From the NCBI GenBank assembly GCA_000004985.1, contig GG738853.1: a stretch of 64,000 nucleotides of DNA; one strand, given 5' to 3'. The first letter of the stretch is position 1. Every line of letters starts with the position of its first letter. A program made the position numbers and the translations under genes. Shown here in pieces: positions 20,842 through 30,891 of this stretch. This DNA is from Naegleria gruberi. Lineage: Eukaryota. The notes under the pieces are model-generated. The model had not been told where the DNA came from. It saw nothing but the letters and a program-made list of their open reading frames with translations, and did not search any database.

Positions 20842-22071
20842 ATGCAAAGACAACAACAGAGAGCATCCTCATCACAAAATGTTTCTCAACATCAGCAATC
20901 TCTTGAACAACAACAAAATTCTCAAGAAGAGGATGATTTAGAATCGGTCAGATTATCACAAGCTGACGAATTATCGCCACCATCATCACCCGAACCTGAA
21001 ACTCCTTTTCAAAATCGAAGAAGGAGAGAACGAGAACGTTCTTTATCATCTAATGATGAAGAAGAACAATCAGTAGTAGATGAACAAGACAATACTTCAG
21101 TAACTCCCAACATAAATGCTCATCAAAGTCCCTATGTAACATCAAATGCTCGGAGGAGAGATTTAATGTACTCTAATCGATACTCTCCACAAACACCAGG
21201 ACAAAAGAAGAAGGCTTTGGAAAATAAATTGAAAAGGGATTTTCCAGAAGACTTTAGAGAAATGAATAGAAGAGAGGAGGAACGAAAAAAGAAACGAGAA
21301 TTTTGTCCAGATAGCTGTGGCTCGATTGCTGGATTTCAATTTACAAATCCTGGTTTACTCATGTTGGGACAGTCAGCACTACATAGATCGGGAGCAATCA
21401 GTTCATTGAGTACGATTGATCCTGCCTTCCTGGCACTGCATAGTCCCGAGAAGAGAATTGAAATTTTGAATAGTGTGGTTGCAAAACCTCCTCCACTTCC
21501 TCCAAAGGAACCAAAAACAGAGGCCGATATACTGAGGGAGTTTCTTAAAAAGAAGAGAACTGAATTGGCAAAACAGGACAAGGTTCAACCTAGATTGATC
21601 ATGGCAGATGATACTATCGATCTGATTGTCATGTGTAGAGAATCAATGTGTATGGGACATGAACTAGTTGAGAAAATTAAGGAAAAACATCAACAGACGA
21701 TTGTTAATTATGTACGAGCATTTGTGAAAAAGAAACATCAACAGCATGAAACTGCAGATGATAATGTAAATAGCAACCATTTAGATTTGAATGTCAATTC
21801 CTCTCACTTGAATGAAACGAGTCAATCAGCATGTTTGGAAAATAGTAACAACAATAACACATTGAATGAGATTTCCCAACTGAATCATTCTATTGCATCT
21901 TCAACATCTTCTCAAACTGTTGTTACAGAGCCAGTTACTCCTGCCAAACAAAGTGTTTCCTTAAAAACTCCAACAGCAAGTAATTCAAAGAAAACACCAG
22001 TTCAAAAAGAGGTTATCGAACTTGATTCTAGTGATTCTGATGATGATGATGGAATTATCCAAATTGATTAA
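20842..22071 (+). CDS. Hypothetical low-complexity (Ser/Gln/Glu-rich, acidic C-terminus) protein
   Basis: ATG at 20842, 409 codons, no intron detected. It has KR-rich patches, so it may be nuclear. No domain recognised. Confidence 0.45.
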   Translation: MQRQQQRASSSQNVSQHQQSLEQQQNSQEEDDLESVRLSQADELSPPSSPEPETPFQNRRRRERERSLSSNDEEEQSVVDEQDNTSVTPNINAHQSPYVTSNARRRDLMYSNRYSPQTPGQKKKALENKLKRDFPEDFREMNRREEERKKKREFCPDSCGSIAGFQFTNPGLLMLGQSALHRSGAISSLSTIDPAFLALHSPEKRIEILNSVVAKPPPLPPKEPKTEADILREFLKKKRTELAKQDKVQPRLIMADDTIDLIVMCRESMCMGHELVEKIKEKHQQTIVNYVRAFVKKKHQQHETADDNVNSNHLDLNVNSSHLNETSQSACLENSNNNNTLNEISQLNHSIASSTSSQTVVTEPVTPAKQSVSLKTPTASNSKKTPVQKEVIELDSSDSDDDDGIIQID

Positions 22072-22205
22072 CAGAATCAATATTTTATTAAATAATAACA
22101 ATCTGATATCTTCTTAATAAGAACACCTCAATCATCAAATATTACTGATAACACCCTTCACATGTCAGCCATCACCTGTTGATCTTCCAAACCATCATAA
22201 AAAAA

Positions 22206-25094
22206 ATGTTTAAAAAAGTCTTTGGAAATAATGGCAGTAAAAAACCAGAGCCAAACAACAATGTCATTGTTGAATCAGCCTCCTCCGACCAACCACCTCC
22301 ATCATCACCAACCACTCCCTCTGACGAACAACCAAGAAAACGAACACCCGTTGCGCCACAAATTCAAGAAGTGAGCGCCAAAGTAAATAATCAATATGTT
22401 CCCACCAAAAAAAACACCGAAGAACAGTACAGTGAGAGTGATAAGGGAGTCTCTGAGAGAAATAAACAAGCATCGGATGTGGTTCGTGTTGAGAGAAATC
22501 AGGGTGATGAAGCGTTGAAGGCTGTTAGAGGATTGTCTGATGGTTTGGAAGATCAACAGGATGATGATTTGGATGGAAAGAAGAAGAAGAAAAAGAAGAA
22601 GGATAAAGAAAGTATTGTTGTTAATACAACAGCTGGAAAGGGAAAGAAATCAACAATTTTGGGTGATTTGATGGGAATTGCTGCTAGAAAGGGATATCTG
22701 AGTAAGAGAGGTGGTTCTATCAAGACTTGGCACAAGAGATTTTTCATTGTTGTTGGTCATCGTCTCTATTATTACAAAGACGATAGTTCAAAGAATGAAC
22801 CATTGGGTTCTGTTAAATGTAAAGGACCAGAAAGTGTTCAACCTGTTGCAGACACATCTCGTCCTAACTGTTTTAGAATTATCTCTGAAGAGAGAACATT
22901 ATACTGTCAAGCTGAAAATGAAAATGACATGAATTCTTGGATGAATTTTTTGAAGGAACACACTTCAAAATTGAATTTACGTAAAGTGAAAGAACTTTCC
23001 AATCTTCAAGGATACATGACATTGTTGGATAATCAAACAAAGAAAAAGAAACGTGATGTTTATTGTTTGTGTATGGATGGTAAATTTTACATTTTGAATA
23101 ATTTTGAGGATGTATTACCGGATAGAATTGTAGAATTGGCTGGTGCCAGTGTAAGCAAAGTTAGTATTTCAGGTACATCAACAAATAATTTATTGGAAAC
23201 ACCTGCAACTCCTTCAAGTCCTAGAAAGATCAACAATACTGAAATTCAAGATTTTGCATTCCAAATCACAGAAAGTTTGCAAGCCGGATACATCCCAGAA
23301 GATGTTGCACCAGAAAAGGAAAAGTCTGGTAGATCTTCACGTTCCAGCTCTACTTTCCGTCAATCTAAAATGTTCAGTAGAAAATCAATGAAGGTCAATG
23401 ATAGCAGTCAATCAGGAAGTGGACAAGGCGATACTACAGCTCGTTTGAGAAAGGGAACTCAATTTTTCCAAAACTTGATCACTAGTGTTGAAGGACTCAA
23501 TCAAGTTACACTAACATCAATTGATCCATTTTTGGCTGATGCTGAAATTTGGTGTGAAATGGTTCGTCACGAATCTGAATTGGCCTCAACCAGTTGGTAT
23601 GTTCGTAACTCTCAAATGCGTGGTTGGATCAAGATTTTAATGAACAACGATGAAGTCAACAAGGCCATTCTTCAAGATAAGAAGAAACCAGAATCATTAT
23701 ATTGGATTGAAAGATATGCCTGTCTTGTTCGTGGTACCTTGTTCTACTTTTCCGAAGAGAATTCTCCAACTCCAGATGGTAGTATTGTCCTCACTACAGG
23801 TTCTCGTCTCGTAACCTCAGCTGTTCGTGAATTGAACTGTCCATATGCATTCAAGATTTCTTCACTTTCATCCAATTTTTATGTTTGCGTAAATTCGGAT
23901 GATGAAAAGGATTGTTGGGTTGAAGAATTAAAGGAAGCAACCTACTCTCAAGCCAATCTCGACTATAACAAGTATGGTTGGTTGACCAAGCAAGGTGGTT
24001 CCTACAAGTCTTGGAAGGAACGTTTCTGTATCTTGAAGGGTACCAATTTGTACTATTTCTCTGATCCAAATGACTCTGAACCTAAGGGTAAAGTCAATCT
24101 TAAGGGTCAAATGATTCGTCACCTTACTCCAGTCGAGGCCTACAATGAAGTTCAAAAGGATAACGTTATCAAGATTTACACTAGTCAACGTACTTGGTAT
24201 TTCTTTGCAGATACCATGCAAGAAGCTGTCGAATGGTCTATTGTATTGAGAAAGGCAGCCCTTCTCTATCGTGGTAGAACTTGGATTGTTGATGACAAGT
24301 TGGATGGCATGGATGCAAAGAATTCCTTGAGATGTAAGAGTATTTCCCAAGCTGTTGCCAAAGCAGCAGAATTGGATCGTATCATTGTCTATTCTGGTGT
24401 ATATTCTGAAACTGTAGTTGTAAACAAATCTGTAATTATAGAATGTGTAGGTGATGTGGTATTAAAGAAGGATTCTGGAGCTCCACTCATTGTGGATTGT
24501 ATTGGTGCCGTAAAGGTCACTGGTATGGAATTAAGACAAGAAGGAGCTCCTAAAGAGCTCAGAGGTGACAAACATGCAGCTGAAGTTAAACGTGGTAACA
24601 TTATGTTTGAACATTGTCAAATTACCAGCAGAGATGGTAATGGTGTTGTCATTACCGAAGAAGGTGGTGTCACTATGAGCAAGTGTCGTGTATTCGACTG
24701 CAACCACTATGGCGTTTGGTTGAACGGAAGAGCTAGTGCCATTTTGGAAAATGTGGAAATTTGTGGATGTCAATGGGATGGTGTCATGCTCATGGCTAAT
24801 ACTGACTGTATCATTCGTCAATCTGATATTTTCAACAATTCTTACAATGGTATTGCCGTCTCTTCAAAGGGTCGTCTCAATGTAGAAAATTGTAGAATAA
24901 GTGGAAACTTGTGGGATGGTATCTCTATCAATACTGACAAGGGTGCTGCCAGATTATTCGATAACTTTATTTTTGACAACCAAGGATTTGGTATTTATTA
25001 TGCTAAAGATAATGTCAGTGGTATCAACGTTGACAATGAAGTGTATTCCAATAAGAAGGGTCAAATCTACACTCTCAGTGGTAGACTTGAATAA
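22206..25094 (+). CDS. Multi-PH-domain protein with a C-terminal right-handed parallel beta-helix (PbH1-repeat) region
   Basis: ATG at 22206; the track ORF opens earlier at a TTG. Four PH-like modules: KGYLSKRGGSIKTWHKRFFIV...NSWMNFLK; LQGYMTLLDNQTKKKKRDVYCL...; LYWIERYACLVRGTLFYFSEE...CWVEELK; and KYGWLTKQGGSYKSWKERFCILKGTNLYYF...AVEWSIVLRKA. The C-terminal ~250 aa have periodic N..GI/W.DG beta-helix repeats (CQITSRDGNGVVI..., NHYGVWLNG..., QWDGVMLMAN..., SYNGIAVSS..., LWDGISINTD..., QGFGIYYA). Confidence 0.65.
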   Translation: MFKKVFGNNGSKKPEPNNNVIVESASSDQPPPSSPTTPSDEQPRKRTPVAPQIQEVSAKVNNQYVPTKKNTEEQYSESDKGVSERNKQASDVVRVERNQGDEALKAVRGLSDGLEDQQDDDLDGKKKKKKKKDKESIVVNTTAGKGKKSTILGDLMGIAARKGYLSKRGGSIKTWHKRFFIVVGHRLYYYKDDSSKNEPLGSVKCKGPESVQPVADTSRPNCFRIISEERTLYCQAENENDMNSWMNFLKEHTSKLNLRKVKELSNLQGYMTLLDNQTKKKKRDVYCLCMDGKFYILNNFEDVLPDRIVELAGASVSKVSISGTSTNNLLETPATPSSPRKINNTEIQDFAFQITESLQAGYIPEDVAPEKEKSGRSSRSSSTFRQSKMFSRKSMKVNDSSQSGSGQGDTTARLRKGTQFFQNLITSVEGLNQVTLTSIDPFLADAEIWCEMVRHESELASTSWYVRNSQMRGWIKILMNNDEVNKAILQDKKKPESLYWIERYACLVRGTLFYFSEENSPTPDGSIVLTTGSRLVTSAVRELNCPYAFKISSLSSNFYVCVNSDDEKDCWVEELKEATYSQANLDYNKYGWLTKQGGSYKSWKERFCILKGTNLYYFSDPNDSEPKGKVNLKGQMIRHLTPVEAYNEVQKDNVIKIYTSQRTWYFFADTMQEAVEWSIVLRKAALLYRGRTWIVDDKLDGMDAKNSLRCKSISQAVAKAAELDRIIVYSGVYSETVVVNKSVIIECVGDVVLKKDSGAPLIVDCIGAVKVTGMELRQEGAPKELRGDKHAAEVKRGNIMFEHCQITSRDGNGVVITEEGGVTMSKCRVFDCNHYGVWLNGRASAILENVEICGCQWDGVMLMANTDCIIRQSDIFNNSYNGIAVSSKGRLNVENCRISGNLWDGISINTDKGAARLFDNFIFDNQGFGIYYAKDNVSGINVDNEVYSNKKGQIYTLSGRLE

Positions 25095-25220
25095 ATTTAA
25101 CAGCCCAAACATTTGCAAAAATCAAAAATTCAAAAATTCTTATTATGCAGATGTAAACGCAACAATAGAAAAGATTATTGAGGGATGTCTGTATTGCAGC
25201 TGAATGCCATATTTATTTTG

Positions 25221-26953
25221 TTACAAATAAAGGAAGGACAAGATGATCAAAACTAAAACAATTAAAACGTTTGGAAGACGAACCAATTGAGCATCATTGA
25301 CATTTCTTGAAATATTAGCATCAGGAGTAGCAGTGGAATTTGTGTTGGAGTTTGAATTAGAATTGGAAGAAACTGCTGGTTTTGGTGAAGAAGTAACTGC
25401 GCTAGGTACTTCAACCTTTAACATTTGAACTGAAACAGTTGATTCCTGATTGACTCCACTAATTGCTGAAATACTTCCCCAACATGAAGAAGATGGCCAA
25501 GTAAATACGAAACTTTGTCCATTATTCAAATTTCCACTATCAATATTTGAAAGATTCCTACAAGCCAAATTCAAAAACAATCTAAACTGTCCTCCTCCAG
25601 TAGTAAGAGCTGTAACATTATACAATTGACCAGCAACTGTTTTAGCCCATGAAACTGGTGAATATCCATTTCCATTTGCATTATTCTGAACTGTTTTCAC
25701 AGTTCTACTGGAAAAGATTACTGCTTGTCTCCATGTATCGAAATATCCAGCAGGTCCTCCAGAACTTACAGTCCAAAGACCTCTCATGGAAAGTAAATTT
25801 TGATTTCTATTAAAATCAATCACCTTATCCTCACCATTCAAATATCCTGAACAAGATTTGAGAGGTCTGAGAGCAGCTCTAATGAGTTGCAATTCATATG
25901 CTGCTTGATTACTCCAACCACCTGGATGCAATGTGTAATTACTGCCAATTTCAACGAAAATGCCATAAGGTGTACCAGTATTACGATCAGTGACATAACC
26001 TCCATAAGTTTTCAAAGTTTCTGCAACTTTTCTCAATTTTGGAATGGTAAGTTGAGCAGTGACATTGAAAGTGGAAGGAAGCATCAATAAACTACCTTCA
26101 GGAATAGTTCCATAATTGCTCTGATAATCAGTATCAGATGCAGTGGCTGGCCAAACATATGGTGGATTATTAGACAAACCATTGTGAGTCATGGATACAG
26201 TCAATGCATGTCTATATTGAGTATCGCCATCATCTACTTCATGTTTTCTAATCAATCCTGCAGAACTCACAACTCCTGTGGCTCTGGCTCCTTGATAGAA
26301 TTGAGCTGGATTTCCCCATCCAGAACCATCGAGAGCTGTCCATGAATAGAGAGTAGTACACCAGGTGCCATTAATTTTGACCATTTGCCAGAATGAGTGA
26401 ATAACATTTGAGATTGGATCATAAATTTCACAGTGACCTATTTTCCAAAAATATCAAATTTTGACACACATGTCATTTTAAAAAACTAATTACATTGACA
26501 AGTATGCAAACAAACTTACCATCACTTCCACTAGCTGGTAAAGTATTAGCTGGCCATCTTGGAATTGTAATATTTGGAGCAAATCCACCAATATCTGGCA
26601 CGCCAATTCCCTTACTAGATGAACCATAAACTGTGAGTGGAGAATCAGTTTTTGAGGCAACGAAAACTCCAGTAGAATAAATTCCTTCACCAACTGTTGG
26701 ATAAAAGTTCATTGTTGATAGTGGAATAGTTTTGGTATCGTCTAAAACTGGGTTGACTGGACGACAATTCCAAGGAGAGCTTGCAGAGAATGGTCTGTAA
26801 ATGCTTCCAAAGGGATAATCAGATTGGAGGCATGTTACATGTTGAGAAAACATGTCTGTTAAAAACAATGTCAATTGTCAAAGTGCATGAAAACTTACAA
26901 ATTACTGACAGCAAAAGCATGACAGATAATTTAACTGTGAATAGGTTATTCAT
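25221..26953 (-). CDS. Secreted Ser/Thr-rich cell-surface protein, probably GPI-anchored
   Basis: Three exons on the minus strand: 26953..26899, 26855..26520 and 26437..25221. The introns are GTAAGT...AG, 43 nt and 82 nt long, with consistent phase (1 then 1). Signal peptide MNNLFTVKLSVMLLLSVI. The C-terminus is an S/N/T-rich linker followed by a hydrophobic tail, VRLPNVLIVLVLIILSFLYL, typical of a GPI-attachment signal. The central domain is unassigned. Confidence 0.55.
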
Positions 26954-27468
26954 AGTTTTATGTTTGTTTTTTTGGATGATGTTTTTTAGTGGAGGTAAAA
27001 TGCTGTCAAATATCGTTTGCTTACTGGACGAATCTTGACTATGCATGGTTACACTGTTACGTGCACTTCTCGCGAATTTCTTTTGTTGTTTTTCGAATAG
27101 GTCATTTAACAAGATTATGTGTAACACAGTTGTGATGAATTTGTTGAAGGAAATACAAGTTTAGTTTGTTGAGGTTTCGGATAGGATATACCACGATGAA
27201 TTGAGGGTTCCAACTGGAAGAAAGAACTGAACTGGAATGGGCAGCAATCGTTTGATCACATAATTTGAAGTTTCGAATAGTAAGTTTCTAATCATGCCAA
27301 TCAAAAATCAACAAAAATCTTTAATACATTGTAATCAGCAACATATCTCTTGTTTCAATATGTTGAATTTTAATAATTTACAGTTTTTCGAAAGGTTTAC
27401 AATAAAGTTATTTGAAATGTAATGAAAGGCACTTTTCAAAATATTTCAGCAACAAAAAGTTGTAAAAA

Positions 27469-28734
27469 ATGTTCAAACTGAAAGTACCAGTTTCGGTTTT
27501 GTTTTTGCTGTTGTGTGTTGTATGTTTGGGAGGAGATTTTGCTCATTCTACAACAAAAACTAAAGTTTCGTCATTATGGAAAGTTCCAAAATCTGTATCC
27601 GAAACTCAACAAACTTTTATCAAATCTTTTAAAATAGTTAAGGAACGTCAATTAGTGAGCAAAGCATTTAAGAAATTGAATGGAATGGCTCACAAAATGA
27701 ATCTTCATACCAACAAACCACCCATCAAATCAGCACTTTCTAATAAGAAAGTAAATACGAAAGGAATCAAGAAGAAATTAGAAGGTCCTTTCTTTAAGGG
27801 TGCTCAATCTCAATGGATGAAATATTCTTTTAGAAAAATTAAGAACAAACCGTTGAATTCTCTTCTCATTCCTGGAACTCATAATTCCTTTGCAAAATCG
27901 TTGAAAAGTGAAAAATCACCAAAAAAAGCAAAAATCAACAAAATTTTCAAAGGTTATCCGAAAAAATTGATTCGTTTGATACTTTCTCAATGGAAAGAAA
28001 CACAAACGAATGGACCAGTTGAACAATTGATGGATGGCGTTAGATATTTTGATTTGAAAATTTGTCAGGACTCTTCAGAATTTTCCAAAATTAGAAAATT
28101 GAAGATTTGTAATTCACTTTATGCTGGAATTTTGGAAAAATCTTTACAAGGTTTGGCAAATTTTGTAAAATTTGTTGGAAAGAAGGAAGTTCTAATAATT
28201 AATTTTAGAGAATTTACCTCAGTTGATGAAAAGAGTCATCAGTACTTGTTCAATACTTTACAATCCAAGTTTGGAAAGTTATTAGCAGATTCCAACAAAC
28301 TTTCACCAAAATCCAAATTCAAAGATTTCATTCGTTTGAATCAGAGAGTGATTATCTTGTATGGAAACTCTGATACGGTATCCAATTCAAAGGGTTTATT
28401 ATGGTCGAGTGATGTAATTCGCTCACCATCTTTCAAAGTTCAAGATTCCATTTCACTTTATTCGAAAATCAAAGCTCAACTCGCAGAAAGATCTAAAACT
28501 GATGAAAAACTATTCATCACTCCAGCATTTATCACTCCAAACATTCAAATGATAATCAAGGGATTACTATCTCAACCAACTTGTCTCCAACAACAATCCT
28601 CACAAGTCAACCCAACCATAGTCAACTGGATCAGTTCCAACAACTTGCCAATATCGAAAATGAACGTCATCTTGCTCAATCATGAAAGTAAACACCTCCT
28701 CTCTGCACTAATTGTAAAAAATCTGGAACACTAA
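27469..28734 (+). CDS. Secreted PI-PLC X-domain-like (PLC-like phosphodiesterase TIM-barrel) protein
   Basis: ATG at 27469, signal peptide MFKLKVPVSVLFLLLCVVCLGG. LLIPGTHNSFA (catalytic His motif of the PI-PLC X-box) and GVRYFDLKI (G.R.[FL]D[LI][RK]) sit at the spacing seen in PLCXD and bacterial PI-PLC proteins. 421 aa, single exon. Confidence 0.55.
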   Translation: MFKLKVPVSVLFLLLCVVCLGGDFAHSTTKTKVSSLWKVPKSVSETQQTFIKSFKIVKERQLVSKAFKKLNGMAHKMNLHTNKPPIKSALSNKKVNTKGIKKKLEGPFFKGAQSQWMKYSFRKIKNKPLNSLLIPGTHNSFAKSLKSEKSPKKAKINKIFKGYPKKLIRLILSQWKETQTNGPVEQLMDGVRYFDLKICQDSSEFSKIRKLKICNSLYAGILEKSLQGLANFVKFVGKKEVLIINFREFTSVDEKSHQYLFNTLQSKFGKLLADSNKLSPKSKFKDFIRLNQRVIILYGNSDTVSNSKGLLWSSDVIRSPSFKVQDSISLYSKIKAQLAERSKTDEKLFITPAFITPNIQMIIKGLLSQPTCLQQQSSQVNPTIVNWISSNNLPISKMNVILLNHESKHLLSALIVKNLEH

Positions 28735-29465
28735 CTGTAAAGCGAACTTCAAATAAAGCAATTTGTGTACCACATCCGAACTTTGTAAAATCCATTCCAA
28801 ATACGGTCAAGAGATAGGACACAATAAGCGAATATCCCAAGTATTTCTTCTTGTGGATGTTTCCAACAACAGATCTTGGTTCTAATCTGTTCTTTCATGT
28901 ATTATCTATAAAATTAAAACAATGTTAATTAAATTAATTGCCAATAACTATTGAGTGATTCGGAAAGTAAAAATTCGGAATAAAGCAACGACCATCTATT
29001 GTAATTTTCCCATCATCCTGATGATGATGATTACTAACTGAATAGATGAAAAAAGTCTCATAGGCATTAAAGGTTAAAAGCAAATTAATGGTGAGGATGA
29101 AGGGCAAACAATTTAATATTTTAAAATTCAAAAAAAAAAAAGTTTTTTCCAATTTCAAAAAAAAATATCAAACTCTGCTCGCTTGCGATTGCTATTAAAA
29201 TAATCGTAACGGTTTTATATATTGTTGTTAGTGTTTTTATTATAATCATCACCATCATCACTGCTACTCTGTAGAAAGGAAGAAAAGCAACACCCTATTA
29301 TACGCTCAGTAGTGTATTATCATCATCATTGTACAATTTTTCTTCTTGCGATTTTAACCTCCTTTTTATTTGCACTAAATCAGATTTTCATACTAGACAC
29401 AATACGTATTGGAAATCTACACTATCTTCATCATCTAAACAACAATCAAACAAAATATATAGAAA

Positions 29466-30794
29466 ATGCATCCCTTTGAAGGTTACGCAAAATTATGTGG
29501 GCAAGATGTTGAATATTACTTACAAAAGCTAAATGTCTCTCTCGGAAGAACACGGGTGCCTGATCCACAAGTTATAGATCCTAAATCTTTGGCAGAAGAA
29601 CAGACAGTTGATGCTAATCAAAGTTTAAATTCCACATTATCTACTACAGGTCATTTACAACCTTCTATTGAAACACTTCAAAGAGTGCTCTGGGAACAAG
29701 ATGTAGATATTCCTCTAGGTACCAACAAGAATATTTCACGTCTCCATGCCAAAATAATTTATAATGCTATAACAAAATTCTTTGAATTACACGTGATATC
29801 AAAGAATGGTGTAAAAGTTAATGGAATTTACTATCCTCCACAACCACACTCTCAACCAATCCCACTTCATAACGGTTATGAATTACAATTAGGTGATTGT
29901 TTCTTGACCTTTATGCTTCCAATTAAAAAGATAACCCAAAGCGAAATGTATCAAATGGTAAACCTGAAAAAGAGAGATATGCAAAATGCAGATAGAGCTG
30001 ACAGAGACAATTCTTCAACAAATGATCAAGATAGACAAGGAAATGATATGATGATGACTGACGAGAGTCACACAAGTACTATGAATGATGAAGTTTCTGA
30101 TGCTCTTTCAAAAAACTTTCTTAGAGAAATTGAACCAATGGACGACCCCAATGGAGAGTATGGTTCTTTTTTTCTAAATGAAGGAAAGAAGAATATTTTT
30201 TTTAGGAACCTCGGAAATGGTCTAGCTGGGGGAACACCAATTAGTAGTGAACAAGCAAATGTACTTGCAAGATCATTGACAACAAGTATTGGCCCTTCTC
30301 TCACTGCAGCAGTAACACAAACTTTATCTGGAATTTATTTAGAAAATCACTCTGATTTTATCAAATCATTTCTTTCTAAATCAAATGCACCAAGTCCTCA
30401 TACGGAAATGGTTCTGGAGTATCTTTACAACTCTCCTGATATTGAAAATGCAGAATCACCTGAGGCAGTTAGTATGTTAGCGCGATTAATGACAGATATG
30501 GATAATAATATCGGATCAAACTTTTCCAACATGTCCAAGAATACTAAAAAGCTGTTGCATATAGTACTGAATGCTGCTTTGGCAACAGAACAACAAGAGT
30601 TAGCCTCTCTACTTTTCAAGACAAAGCAAGAAAACGAAATTACTGTAAGAAATGGTATTGCTACTTTTGTGCTTGATTGGAACGAAAAGAAGCAGAAACA
30701 ACAAGATATGGAAGCTGCTGTAAATACAAGTGCTACAACACCTCTTGTAGATCCACAAGCCTCCTCTCTTTCATCTCATCCAACAGTGAGATAG
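29466..30794 (+). CDS. FHA-domain protein. This is the likely 5' portion of a FoxK/Fkh1-type FHA-forkhead transcription factor gene.
   Basis: ATG at 29466. AKLCGQDVEYYLQKLNVSLGRT...ISRLHAKIIYNAITKFFELHVISKNGVKVNGIYY...LQLGDCFLTFMLP matches the FoxK/Fkh FHA pattern (AKLEG.EFEY...GR......SR.H....f.l...GKNGV.V.G). The stop is a TAG at 30792. The forkhead ORF starts 98 nt downstream on the same strand. Confidence 0.6.
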   Translation: MHPFEGYAKLCGQDVEYYLQKLNVSLGRTRVPDPQVIDPKSLAEEQTVDANQSLNSTLSTTGHLQPSIETLQRVLWEQDVDIPLGTNKNISRLHAKIIYNAITKFFELHVISKNGVKVNGIYYPPQPHSQPIPLHNGYELQLGDCFLTFMLPIKKITQSEMYQMVNLKKRDMQNADRADRDNSSTNDQDRQGNDMMMTDESHTSTMNDEVSDALSKNFLREIEPMDDPNGEYGSFFLNEGKKNIFFRNLGNGLAGGTPISSEQANVLARSLTTSIGPSLTAAVTQTLSGIYLENHSDFIKSFLSKSNAPSPHTEMVLEYLYNSPDIENAESPEAVSMLARLMTDMDNNIGSNFSNMSKNTKKLLHIVLNAALATEQQELASLLFKTKQENEITVRNGIATFVLDWNEKKQKQQDMEAAVNTSATTPLVDPQASSLSSHPTVR

Positions 30795-30891
30795 TATCTT
30801 TTCATCACGAGTTAATCTTCCTTCAATTGATTCACAACCTCCACCAGCCAACAATTTTACTGCAATTACCTCATCTTCACAACCTCTACAA

